From Pseudomonadota bacterium (lineage in GTDB: Bacteria > Pseudomonadota > Alphaproteobacteria > Caulobacterales > Hyphomonadaceae), in NCBI GenBank assembly GCA_039198685.1, contig JBCCTK010000001.1, positions 1 to 53,945 of the forward strand: a stretch of DNA of 53,945 nucleotides, read 5' to 3'. Positions 37,237 through 46,347 of this stretch are shown here, in pieces; position 1 is the stretch's first letter, and every line of letters starts with the position of its first letter. The position numbers and the translations under genes are program-made. The notes beneath the pieces were generated by a model. It had not been told where the DNA came from and made no database searches. It saw only the letters and a list, made by a program, of their open reading frames with translations.

Positions 37237-38142
37237 ATGGAAACGATCAAGGACTACGAACAGATCAAATTGGAGAAGGATGGCCCGGTCGCCATTTTGA
37301 CGCTGCATCGGCCGGAGAAGATGAACGCTTTTACCGGCAAGATGATGTATGAGATGATCGACGCGTTCGACCAGACCGATGCCGATGATGATATCCGCGC
37401 GGTCATAGTGACCGGCTCGGGCGAGCGCGCCTTCTGCGCCGGGGCCGACCTGTCGGAGGGCGCCAAGACGTTCGACTTTGATGCGCGCGCGAGCGATGGC
37501 GAGGTTGGACGCACCGCAGACATTGACATTCAGCGGGATGGCGGCGGCCGCGTGACCCTGCGTATGTTCGACAGCCTCAAGCCTATTATTGGCGCAATCA
37601 ATGGCGCGGCCGTTGGCATCGGGGCGACAATGCAACTGCCCATGGATATCCGGATCGCCTCGGAAACCGCGCGGTTCGGCTTCGTGTTCAATCGTCGTGG
37701 CATCAATCCGGAAGCGGCCTCGAGCTGGTTCCTGCCCCGGCTCGTTGGCATCTCCAAAGCGCTGGAATGGTGCTATTCCGGCCGCGTGTTTCCCGCCCAG
37801 GAGGCACTTGATGGAGGGCTTGTGCGCTCAATCCACCCTGCCGATGAGCTCATGGGCGCGGCCCGCGCCATGGCCCTTGAGATCGCCGAAAACACAGCCG
37901 CCGTATCGACCACGCTGACCCGCCAAATGATGTGGCGCATGCTCGGCGCAGATCACCCGATGGAAGCCCATATCGTCGATAGTGCCGCAATTTATGAGCG
38001 AGGGCGCAGCCCCGATGCGAAGGAGGGCGTGATGAGTTTCCTGGAGAAGCGTACGCCCAGCTATCCGGTCAAAGTGTCTGATGGCATGCCAAGCTTCTGG
38101 CCCTGGTGGCAAGACCAGGACTTCAAGTGGATCGGGAAATAA
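37237..38142 (+). CDS. Enoyl-CoA hydratase/isomerase (crotonase) family protein
   Basis: METIKDYEQIKLEKDGPVAILTLHRPEKMNAF, VTGSGERAFCAGADL, GAINGAAVGIG. AGGAGG RBS before the ATG at 37237. Confidence 0.85.
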   Translation: METIKDYEQIKLEKDGPVAILTLHRPEKMNAFTGKMMYEMIDAFDQTDADDDIRAVIVTGSGERAFCAGADLSEGAKTFDFDARASDGEVGRTADIDIQRDGGGRVTLRMFDSLKPIIGAINGAAVGIGATMQLPMDIRIASETARFGFVFNRRGINPEAASSWFLPRLVGISKALEWCYSGRVFPAQEALDGGLVRSIHPADELMGAARAMALEIAENTAAVSTTLTRQMMWRMLGADHPMEAHIVDSAAIYERGRSPDAKEGVMSFLEKRTPSYPVKVSDGMPSFWPWWQDQDFKWIGK

Positions 38143-38205
38143 GGCTGGCTGCTCATTCCCGCATGGGTTAACCATCCGCAACGACAGCGGATTTGGGGGT
38201 TTCGC

Positions 38206-39252
38206 ATGCGGGTTTTCCTGGTCTTACTCTTGCTGATCGCGGCTGCTGCTGCTGCAGGCATCTACGCCGCCCGCACTGAACCGACATCCTCCATCATAGA
38301 TACGGTTCTGGCGCCCACGAATGATGTAATGGCGCCGGCCGTGGCCTTGCCGGACGGCGCAGACCGCTACAGTGCAGCGACACTCGCCAGCCTGGACTTG
38401 CGCACATGCTTTGATGAGACCGTCGCGTTTCCCGATGGCGCGGAGCGCGCGTCCCTCCAGCGCGATGTCCGCACGCCCCCTCCGAACGGAGCCTGGCGTT
38501 TTCCCGATCTGGCTGACTATCCAGGGCTTGTTAAACTTGAGCAGCTGAAATCCGAATTGGGCACCCAGCGAGAACACTGCGGCGCGGCGCGGATTTCCGA
38601 GCACTGGTTCATGACAGCATCCCATTGTATTTTGGACGCCTCGGTCATGGGCGCGCCGGTGATCGACCTTGTGTTGATCACGCCCGATGTTGACGTCAAC
38701 AGCGACCGCGTCAGCCCTGTTCCCGTAACCGGCGCCCTTTGCCACCACGACTTTGGAATTGACCGGCTTCGGTTCACCAATGACATTGCGCTGCTCTATG
38801 TGGCCGATACGACACCGTTCGAAGCGGTTGAGATTGTTAAAATCGAGCGCAGTGAGATGAGTCTTCGCCGTGGAGATTTGAGCGAGCTCTACATCGCGGG
38901 ATGGGGCAACAATGGCAATTCGCGTTTTCTACAGGGTGGCCCGGTTGCGCCTGAACGCGTTGGGTCATCGGTTCTGGTAACGGCCAGGATCGATGGCCGC
39001 GGGCCCGATGTGGGCGATAGTGGCTCGCCGCTGTACACACGCATTGATGGGGAGCCCGTAGTAATGGGAGTGCTGGCCAGTGTGCGCAGCGACAGGCCGG
39101 TCGAACAACGCAGCGCGATCTTCGTGCGCGTCAAAAGTGTCCGCGATTGGCTTCAGACGGCTATGGCTCTTTGTGAGCAGGACGGCGCCTTCGTTTGTGG
39201 CAAGGAGATCGCCACGACTCAGGCGCCGATATCTGCCGCAGAGTGGATTTAA
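38206..39252 (+). CDS. Trypsin-like (S1) serine protease with an N-terminal signal/anchor
   Basis: Catalytic triad contexts WFMTASHCI (His), NDIALLYV (Asp), GDSGSPLY (Ser). Hydrophobic N-terminus MRVFLVLLLLIAAAAAAGIYA. Confidence 0.8.
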   Translation: MRVFLVLLLLIAAAAAAGIYAARTEPTSSIIDTVLAPTNDVMAPAVALPDGADRYSAATLASLDLRTCFDETVAFPDGAERASLQRDVRTPPPNGAWRFPDLADYPGLVKLEQLKSELGTQREHCGAARISEHWFMTASHCILDASVMGAPVIDLVLITPDVDVNSDRVSPVPVTGALCHHDFGIDRLRFTNDIALLYVADTTPFEAVEIVKIERSEMSLRRGDLSELYIAGWGNNGNSRFLQGGPVAPERVGSSVLVTARIDGRGPDVGDSGSPLYTRIDGEPVVMGVLASVRSDRPVEQRSAIFVRVKSVRDWLQTAMALCEQDGAFVCGKEIATTQAPISAAEWI

Positions 39253-39381
39253 GTCTTATCGTTTATTGATAATATCCTGAAAGCGGGTTAGGGGCTCAAT
39301 CTGGGACTCTTGCCGGGCCATCGCGTAGGCAGAGATCAAAAATAAAGGGACCATTGGTCCAGATGAAAAAGGTGCATCGCT

Positions 39382-39903
39382 ATGATGTCTGTTTTGTTCA
39401 GTCCGAATGGGCGCATTGGACCGCGCACCTTCTGGCGAGGTGTGGTGGTTCTGCTGGCGGCCATGATCATTATCAATGTGGCAGGCGCATATGCCGGGCC
39501 GTTCGGCCAATTGCTCGGCTTGTTCACGCTTGCAGCGCCTTATTGCTATCTCTGCGTTTACGGAAAACGCCTGCACGACTCTGGTAAATCGGCCTGGTTC
39601 TTCCTCCTCTTCTTCGTCGGCTATTTCGTGCTCGAAGGTGTTTTCCAAACCGTACTGCTTCCGATCCTGTCGCCAGGCGCCGCCGCGCTACAAGAGGACA
39701 TGACCCTGCTGATCGAACAAGGTCAGTGGATGGACGCGCTGGAGTATGCACCTGAAATTGCACAAGAGAGCATCCTCACCGCTCTGGTAAGCTTGATCGC
39801 AACCAATGCGATCCTGGGCTTCATTGCAGCGCGGTTGACATCCGACCCCGGCCCCAATGCGTTCGGCTTGCCCCAAGGCGGTGCCGCATCCGATACGTTT
39901 TAG
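39382..39903 (+). CDS. DUF805 family inner-membrane protein
   Basis: SPNGRIGPRTFWRGVVVLLAAMIIIN ... VYGKRLHDSGKSAWFFLLFFV is the characteristic DUF805 pattern. Confidence 0.7.
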   Translation: MMSVLFSPNGRIGPRTFWRGVVVLLAAMIIINVAGAYAGPFGQLLGLFTLAAPYCYLCVYGKRLHDSGKSAWFFLLFFVGYFVLEGVFQTVLLPILSPGAAALQEDMTLLIEQGQWMDALEYAPEIAQESILTALVSLIATNAILGFIAARLTSDPGPNAFGLPQGGAASDTF

Positions 39904-39923
39904 TGCCAGCAAAGGCCTCAGCG

Positions 39924-41006
39924 ATGAGCGATACATCCCCTTCCAATACCAGCCAGACTCCGATGGACCCGAAGCGTCCCTGGATTACTGATCCGCGCGA
40001 ATTCCCCTCCGCGATGAGTTGGGCTGAGAGTCTGACCAATCCCCTTGGGGAGACCTCACGGCTTCACTTCACACGAGCCTGGACAGCACTCTTTTTCGCC
40101 CGTGTCATCTGGTACTTGGGGTTTGCCCTGCTCGCAATGGTGTTTGCAGCTGCTGGTGCGCAGAATGCCGGCTCGCTCGTTCCGCCGCCCTGGGCTTTTC
40201 TCATCCTTGTTGTCCTCACTATCTTGGCTTCGATCGTCTTGCATATTCGCCGCCTTGCGGATGCTAAGCGGTCCCCTTTGTGGGCGTTTCTCGTGGCCAT
40301 ACCCGCCGTGGCTTTGATTGTCGGCCTCTTTATCGGCATCCAAAGCGGCGCCAAGGAGTACGGCGTTGCCCGTCAAGCAGCGGCGCTGGAAGAGCAGGGC
40401 ATGTCGACTAAGTTGATTGCAGTGGAATTGGAGCGCGATGGGGCCGCGAAATTGTTTGCCCGCGAACTTATTTTGCAATCTGAATTGAGACAGTTGCAGA
40501 ATACGGGCTCGGAGACAGACGGACCGGTGGTGGACTGGATCGTTGAAAGGTTCATGTCAGACCCGTCCATTTTTGTCGCTGCGCTGGGTGTCTCAACGCC
40601 CCTCAGTGACAACCAGAAAAGTGCGATTGAGAGCGCGCTAGAAGACGTGATCGAAGAGCGCGAAGAAGAAGCTGCTGAACGTGAGAGCGGCGATGGAGCG
40701 ATTGAAGACCAAGGCGAATCACGGGGGCGACGCGGCGGAGGAAATGCGAGCCCGGAAGTCCGCTTGAATGGAGAAATAGGTCGTATCAGAAGGGAATGGC
40801 GCGGCAAGCTACCGGATATCGATCTGGCTGAGACGAGCGAGCGAGGCTATGCCGTGAATACGGGTATTGAGTCTGCTATCGGTTTTTGGGCACTGCCATC
40901 CTTCTTCGTGATGTTGTGGAGTCTTCTATGGGTGGGACGATTGCCCTCCGGTGGTGGAACCATCAAGTCGCGTTTTGAAATCGATAACGCCCCTTCGCGC
41001 GATTAG
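39924..41006 (+). CDS. DUF805-like membrane protein with a long charged C-terminal extension and a C-terminal TM segment
   Basis: [21 protein letters not shown] ... [24 protein letters not shown] is DUF805-like. It is followed by a ~200-aa charged/helical region and [23 protein letters not shown]. The start is ATG 39924 or GTG 39903. Confidence 0.55.
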   Translation: MSDTSPSNTSQTPMDPKRPWITDPREFPSAMSWAESLTNPLGETSRLHFTRAWTALFFARVIWYLGFALLAMVFAAAGAQNAGSLVPPPWAFLILVVLTILASIVLHIRRLADAKRSPLWAFLVAIPAVALIVGLFIGIQSGAKEYGVARQAAALEEQGMSTKLIAVELERDGAAKLFARELILQSELRQLQNTGSETDGPVVDWIVERFMSDPSIFVAALGVSTPLSDNQKSAIESALEDVIEEREEEAAERESGDGAIEDQGESRGRRGGGNASPEVRLNGEIGRIRREWRGKLPDIDLAETSERGYAVNTGIESAIGFWALPSFFVMLWSLLWVGRLPSGGGTIKSRFEIDNAPSRD

Positions 41007-41740
41007 GCCGGCTGACGAAGATCTGGAGTGGGCGCGTCGACCGTTTCGGCGTGAAACACCGCTTCGAAGGCCCGTCTCAGGGCCGCGTCGGTCTCCATAA
41101 GGCTGACCGGGCGACCGAGGTCGACCAGGCTCGTCACGCCAAAGTGTGGATCGGCAATCCCGCAAGGTGTGATCCCGTTGAAATGGCTTAGGTCCGGTTC
41201 GACGTTCAATGAGATTCCGTGAAAGCTGACCCAGCGTTTCAAGCGGATTCCAATCGCAGCGATCTTGTCTTCCCGCAGGGTGCCACCGGGTCGGGTGCGG
41301 TCCACCCAAACCCCAACCCGGCCGCCCCTTGTGAAGGCGTCGATATTGAATTCGGCCAGCGCTTTTATAATCCAGGCTTCCAGTGATTTCACAAAGGCGC
41401 GCACGTCACGGCCCCTTTGGGCAACATCGAGCATCACATAGGCGACGCGCTGGCCCGGTCCATGATACGTGTATTCTCCACCGCGCCCCGCCTCAAAAAC
41501 AGGGAAACGATCGGGCTCCAGAAGATCGCCGGCCCGGGCGCTTGTGCCAGCTGTATAGAGCGAGGGGTGCTCCAAAAGCCAGATGCACTCACGGGCACCG
41601 GCATTGCGAATTGCTTTTGCCCGCGCTTCCATCCAGGCCTTGGCCGAAAGATAGTCCACTGTCGCATCTGAGATGATCCACTCGATGGGGGGTAAAGCGT
41701 TTGTCACCCAAGCACATATAGAGCGTATTTTGGGGTTCAC
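41003..41740 (-). CDS. lipB: Lipoyl(octanoyl) transferase
   Basis: [57 protein letters not shown]. Confidence 0.9.
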   Translation of the reverse strand: MNPKIRSICAWVTNALPPIEWIISDATVDYLSAKAWMEARAKAIRNAGARECIWLLEHPSLYTAGTSARAGDLLEPDRFPVFEAGRGGEYTYHGPGQRVAYVMLDVAQRGRDVRAFVKSLEAWIIKALAEFNIDAFTRGGRVGVWVDRTRPGGTLREDKIAAIGIRLKRWVSFHGISLNVEPDLSHFNGITPCGIADPHFGVTSLVDLGRPVSLMETDAALRRAFEAVFHAETVDAPTPDLRQPA

Positions 41741-41812
41741 ATAGGGGGCAGGTCGCCTTATAGCAGCTGCCTTGGCGACGGATCACCTCACCGACGCTTG
41801 CTTAAACAGTGT

Positions 41813-41897
41813 GCGGTCGTGGCGGAACTGGTAGACGCGCAGCGTTGAGGTCGCTGTGGAGCAATCCGTGGAGGTTCGAGTCCTCTCGACCGCACCA
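41813..41897 (+). tRNA. tRNA-Leu (anticodon GAG)
   Basis: GCGGTCG acceptor pairs with CGACCGC, followed by A and an encoded CCA. Anticodon stem CAGCG/CGCTG with loop TTGAGGT. Long variable arm. T-loop GGTTCGAGTCC. Confidence 0.9.
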
Positions 41898-42042
41898 TTC
41901 CTGTTCGCAAAATTGATTGCGCCTGCGAGGGAGTGCGCTGGCGGCCTACCGCTACGGTTGGGCTTGCGATTGACGGGGGCTGCGGTCATCATTCCGAAAA
42001 TAGCAATTTCTGGATCCGAGAAGGACCTTTGGGAGGATACTG

Positions 42043-43032
42043 ATGAAAACCAAGATTACGGAAATGTTCGGCATTGAACATCCAATCATCCAGGGTGGTA
42101 TGCATTGGGTTGGCTTTGCGGAAATGGCGGCGGCCGTCTCTAATGCCGGGGGTCTGGGCACGATCACGGCGTTGACGCAGAAAACGCCGGAAGACCTGGC
42201 AAATGAAATCGCAAAGTGCCGTGACATGACGGACAAACCCTTTGCGGTGAACATCACCTTCCTGCCGAGCCTGACACCGCCTGATTATCCCGCCATCGTC
42301 GACAAGGTTATCAAGGGCGGCGTTAAAGTTGTCGAAACGGCCGGGCGCAATCCGGCCCAAGTCCTTCCCGCACTCAAGGATGCCGGTATCAAGGTAATCC
42401 ACAAGTGCACCTCGGTGCGTCACTCTCTGAAGGCCCAGGACATCGGGTGTGACGCCGTTTCCGTGGATGGGTTTGAATGCGGCGGGCACCCGGGCGAGGA
42501 TGATGTGCCAAACATGATCTTGCTGCCGCGCGCCCATGACGAGCTGGAGATCCCGTTTGTCAGTTCCGGTGGCCAGGCCGATGGACGCTCCCTTGTGGCA
42601 TCCCTGGCTATGGGTGCAGAGGGCATGAATATGGGCACACGCTTTATTGCAACGAAGGAGGCGCCTGTGCACCAGAACGTCAAAGACGCCATTGTTGCGG
42701 CCAGCGAGTTGGATACTCGACTTGTAATGCGCGGCCTGCGCAATACAGAGCGGGTGATGAACAATGCGGCCGTTGAGCGCCTTTTGGAGAAGGAAGTTGC
42801 CCTGGGCGACAAGCTCACCATTCAGGATATCCTGCCTGAAGTGGCCGGTGTCTATCCGCGGATTATGAGCGAAGGCGACATGGATGCGGGCGCATGGTCA
42901 TGCGGCATGGTCGCGGGCTTGATCAATGATATTCCAACCTGCCAGGCGCTGGTCGACCGCATTATGGGACAAGCCAATGAGATTATCACCGGGCGAATGG
43001 CGAAGATGCTTGGCACAGCTGTTCCAGCTTAG
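42043..43032 (+). CDS. Nitronate monooxygenase / NAD(P)H-dependent flavin oxidoreductase (FabK-like)
   Basis: FGIEHPIIQGGMHWVGFAEMAAAVSNAGGLG, DAVSVDGFECGGH, GGQADGRSLVASLAMGAEGMNMGTRF. Confidence 0.85.
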   Translation: MKTKITEMFGIEHPIIQGGMHWVGFAEMAAAVSNAGGLGTITALTQKTPEDLANEIAKCRDMTDKPFAVNITFLPSLTPPDYPAIVDKVIKGGVKVVETAGRNPAQVLPALKDAGIKVIHKCTSVRHSLKAQDIGCDAVSVDGFECGGHPGEDDVPNMILLPRAHDELEIPFVSSGGQADGRSLVASLAMGAEGMNMGTRFIATKEAPVHQNVKDAIVAASELDTRLVMRGLRNTERVMNNAAVERLLEKEVALGDKLTIQDILPEVAGVYPRIMSEGDMDAGAWSCGMVAGLINDIPTCQALVDRIMGQANEIITGRMAKMLGTAVPA

Positions 43033-43036
43033 GTCG

Positions 43037-43082
43037 GAGACGCCCCGCCAAACGGTGCAAATTGGCCGGAAAGGGCCCTAGC
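43037..43082 (-). repeat. Copy C of the repeat family: solo terminal module between two convergent TAG stops
   Basis: GAGACGCCCCGCCAAACGGTGCAAATTGGCCGGAAAGGGCCCTAGC. It matches 2405-2450 with 3 mismatches. CTAG 43078-43081 contains the TIR gene stop. The opposing gene stops at TAG 43030-43032. Confidence 0.7.
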
Positions 43083-43950
43083 CTGTTTTCAGCATGTTTA
43101 CGGCCCGGTCAAACAGCGGATCGTTGGGGTGCTCGGCGAGCCAGGCTGCGATGGCCGACTTGTCTCCGCTTACCGAGAACGCGGCGAAGCGAGCAAGGCC
43201 AGGGCGCCCGATAAGATCGCCGATGCGCCCGAGCAGGTTTAGCCACCCTGGGTTTTCGACACTCGATCCAACGGTTAAGTCCTCGGCATGGATAAGGTTG
43301 AAAGGGGCGGGCAAGTCCGATGGCTTCAACATGGACGCCGCCAAAACCCCGCGCTGGCGGCCGATGGTGGCTTCGCCGCGCACCCATTCACTGGAAACAG
43401 CGCCAGGTGACCAACAGACCAGGACACACTTGGCCTCGCGTATATTGCGATCAATTTCAGCGTCGAAGGATAAACCAGAGTTGAGTTCGGCATCAAACCA
43501 GACAGAAACATCCAGGTCTTTCAGGCGCCTGGCGATTTCTTCGACTTCCGGTCGCTCGTCGCGCTTGTAAGAGATAAAGACATCCGGCGGAGTGAAGGGC
43601 TTTGCCGAAGCCTTTGCTGGCGCCGTTGCTGATGCCTGCCGGGTCTCTGGATGGGCCTGGGGCTTGGATTCGGTATTCCGGCTGCCCGTCAAACCGATCC
43701 ACATGGTCCCGCCAAACGCAACAAACCCTCCGATGAACGCAACAATCAATGCACCTTCATTGTTCGAGGTAAACTCATATGTCGTCCAGCCGCACGCCCA
43801 CCACGCTGCGACGCTGAGAATTGCCGACGCGAAGATCGCCAGTAAAATCTTGAGTGGGAAGTTCGAGATGCGGCGGGCACCAATCAAACAGGCGACCGCG
43901 AATCCCAAGCCTAAGCCAAGCAAAACGATGACGAATATCGACAGCGACAC
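43078..43950 (-). CDS. Membrane-anchored TIR-domain protein (three N-terminal TM helices + TIR_2-like domain + uncharacterised C-terminal ~90 aa)
   Basis: TM segments SIFVIVLLGLGLGFAVACLIGA, LKILLAIFASAILSVAAWWACGW, GALIVAFIGGFVAFGGTMWIGL. TIR-like DVFISYKRDERPEVEEIARRLKDLDVSVWFD...AKCVLVCWSPGAVSSEWVRGEA. Confidence 0.8.
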   Translation of the reverse strand: MSLSIFVIVLLGLGLGFAVACLIGARRISNFPLKILLAIFASAILSVAAWWACGWTTYEFTSNNEGALIVAFIGGFVAFGGTMWIGLTGSRNTESKPQAHPETRQASATAPAKASAKPFTPPDVFISYKRDERPEVEEIARRLKDLDVSVWFDAELNSGLSFDAEIDRNIREAKCVLVCWSPGAVSSEWVRGEATIGRQRGVLAASMLKPSDLPAPFNLIHAEDLTVGSSVENPGWLNLLGRIGDLIGRPGLARFAAFSVSGDKSAIAAWLAEHPNDPLFDRAVNMLKTG

Positions 43951-44094
43951 GATCGGCTCTCCGAATTAGCCTGGGTCCGGTTTATCTTAACGTATTTCAG
44001 TGGCGCCTCAATCTGGAATCCACCGGGGCGTTTTCTATGCTGGCATTATCCAAATGCATCATCGCACCACCCACCCTGAAAGAGGATCACCTCA

Positions 44095-44925
44095 TCAGCC
44101 AAACGCCAAGATCCCATTTTCGGTGTCGTGGCCAATCGGGCTGGCACCCAAGACGGGCACGCCCACTTCTGCGCACCAGCGTCGGGCGATCGCTTCTGCA
44201 GTGTCTACAAAATCGATGTCATTCTCGAGGATTTCGCTGAATCGGCCCAGGCGCACACCAGCCAATTTCGAGAACCAGTTGCTCAGCGCCAACTGGGCGA
44301 ACGCCCGGTCCAATCGATAGTGATACTCGCCAATATCCTCCAGGTGCAGGATGTGACCTGAAAGGTCGGGCATGAAAGGTGTGCCATTTATTGCAGCGAG
44401 TGTAGTCAGATTGAACGCTAATTCAGGGGTGTCCCCGGAAGGTGGCGCGATTGAAGCCGAAAGGCTGTCCAGCGCCCGCTGGATGGCCGCTTCGCCTCCC
44501 TTACGCGAAAGATCGCTTGGCATCGGTCCATGGACGCTCCGGCCAATCTTAGCGTCATAAAGCAAAGCGAGGAGAGCGCCCGTATCGCTGTAACCCAGAT
44601 ACGTCTTGTCGCGTGCGGCCGGGCCGAGCCGCTCCTTCAGCCCCCTGAGCAGGCGTATGGAGCCATAGCCGCCGCGGGCAAACCATACCGCGTCGACCTC
44701 TGGGTCGTTGGCGGCTTTCACCAGAGCATCCTGGCGCGTGACATCGTCGCCGGCGAAATGACCAGCTGCGGCGAAGCATTGGGGGTCAAATTGGATGTCC
44801 AGGGTTGGCGCAATTTGGGCCGCAAGGCTTGAGAGTTTCCTGGCGACCACCGGGTCCAAAGCCCGTGCCGGTGCCACCACAGCGATGCGCCGTTTCGTGT
44901 CTGAATTTTGCCTATCTCGCGTCAT
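44095..44925 (-). CDS. LD-carboxypeptidase (S66, muramoyltetrapeptide carboxypeptidase-like)
   Basis: RIAVVAPA, AVWFARGGYGS, YLGYSDTGALL (Ser nucleophile context), and a C-terminal IGHD-type motif. Start is either ATG 44925 or TTG 44961. Confidence 0.8.
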   Translation of the reverse strand: MTRDRQNSDTKRRIAVVAPARALDPVVARKLSSLAAQIAPTLDIQFDPQCFAAAGHFAGDDVTRQDALVKAANDPEVDAVWFARGGYGSIRLLRGLKERLGPAARDKTYLGYSDTGALLALLYDAKIGRSVHGPMPSDLSRKGGEAAIQRALDSLSASIAPPSGDTPELAFNLTTLAAINGTPFMPDLSGHILHLEDIGEYHYRLDRAFAQLALSNWFSKLAGVRLGRFSEILENDIDFVDTAEAIARRWCAEVGVPVLGASPIGHDTENGILAFG

Positions 44926-44937
44926 AGGAGTCAGGGT

Positions 44938-46347
44938 ATGTCGGATTCCATGATGGATCAAAAACAGTATTTCTTTTGCGGGATAGGTGGCTCAGGCATG
45001 TTGCCCCTGGCCATGATCCTGCGCGGGCAGGGGGCCGATGTATCGGGCTCAGACCGCGCGCTTGACCAGGGCCGCACACCGGAGAAATTCGATTGGCTTC
45101 GCAGCCAAGGCATCGCGCTTTTTCCACAGGACGGTTCGGGCCTTGTTTCGCGTGACCAAGTGCTGGTCGCATCCGCTGCTATTGAAGACACTGTGCCGGA
45201 TGTGGCAGCGGCCCTGGCCTATGGTTGTCGAAGGGTTTCGCGGGCTGAGCTACTTTCGAAACTGTTCAATGCCGCCCCGAAATCCATCGGCGTTGCCGGG
45301 ACCAGCGGAAAATCGACGACCACGGCGATGATCGCCTGGATCCTGAGCGAGTCGGGCCTTGCGCCAACAGTCATGAATGGCGCTGTGATGAAGAATTTCA
45401 TGGGCCCAGGTGTGCCCTTCGCCAGCGCCCTGGTGGGGCAGGGGGATATATTCGTGAGCGAGGTGGATGAAAGCGATGGCTCGATCGCGATGTATAACCC
45501 CACTGTGGCTGTCCTCAATAATGTCTCTCTGGATCACAAATCCATGAATGAGTTGCGAGCGTTGTTTGGCGATTATCTGGCGAAGTCAGAAGCTGGCGTG
45601 CTGAACGCTGACGACCGTGAGGTGGCGGCCCTGGCGATCCAGTCATGTGCTGCACAGACTTATGGATTTGACGACGAACAAGTCGATCTTTTCGCCCACA
45701 CGATTGAGCCGGGTCCCACGTCTATTTCGTGCAAGCTCACTCAAAGGGACGGGGTGGATGTGCCTCTCCAACTGTGTGTTCCGGGGCGCCATAATATTTC
45801 AAACGCCATGGCTGCGATCTGTGCAACCCGTATGTGCGGGGTAGACCTCGCGGATTCCGCTGCAGCGCTGTCTCGGTTTGCCGGTATCAAACGGCGGTTC
45901 GAGATCGTTGGAGAGGCTGCGGGTGTAACGGTTATTGACGATTTCGCCCATAACCCAGACAAGATCGCCGCCACCCTGAAAACCTTGAGGGATTTTCCGG
46001 GCCGACTGCTTATCGTGTTCCAACCCCACGGGTTTGGTCCGCTTCGCAAGATGCGCGGGGAACTCGCCAGCGCGTTCGCGGAAAATTTGGAAAGCGATGA
46101 TGTGCTCGTGTTGCCGGAGCCAGTCTATTTCGGTGGTACGGTAGACCGATCTGTCTCAAGCGCAGATGTGGCGGGTGATATAAATGCCCAAGGAAAGCGA
46201 GCTGAAGCGTTGGCAACACGCGAGGCGTGTGGGCGCCGCGTCCTGGCATTGGCCCAACCCCGCGACCGTATTGTTATCATGGGCGCAAGGGATGACACTT
46301 TGAGTGACTTTGCTGCTTCTCTCCTGCAGGAATTGCAACAGCGTTGA
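44938..46347 (+). CDS. Mur ligase family protein (MurC/Mpl-like; likely peptidoglycan-peptide recycling ligase)
   Basis: YFFCGIGGSGMLPLA, P-loop GVAGTSGKSTTTAMIAWIL, NVSLDHKS, DDFAHNPDKI. AGGAG lies 7 nt before the ATG at 44938. Confidence 0.8.
   Translation: MSDSMMDQKQYFFCGIGGSGMLPLAMILRGQGADVSGSDRALDQGRTPEKFDWLRSQGIALFPQDGSGLVSRDQVLVASAAIEDTVPDVAAALAYGCRRVSRAELLSKLFNAAPKSIGVAGTSGKSTTTAMIAWILSESGLAPTVMNGAVMKNFMGPGVPFASALVGQGDIFVSEVDESDGSIAMYNPTVAVLNNVSLDHKSMNELRALFGDYLAKSEAGVLNADDREVAALAIQSCAAQTYGFDDEQVDLFAHTIEPGPTSISCKLTQRDGVDVPLQLCVPGRHNISNAMAAICATRMCGVDLADSAAALSRFAGIKRRFEIVGEAAGVTVIDDFAHNPDKIAATLKTLRDFPGRLLIVFQPHGFGPLRKMRGELASAFAENLESDDVLVLPEPVYFGGTVDRSVSSADVAGDINAQGKRAEALATREACGRRVLALAQPRDRIVIMGARDDTLSDFAASLLQELQQR

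Noticed and set aside
41813-44094. A tRNA-Leu-linked islet carrying the TIR gene.
   Set aside because: No integrase is present, and I found no direct repeat of the tRNA 3' end. There is only a 7-nt CGCACCA coincidence near 44070. The intervening flavin oxidoreductase looks like an ordinary metabolic gene.
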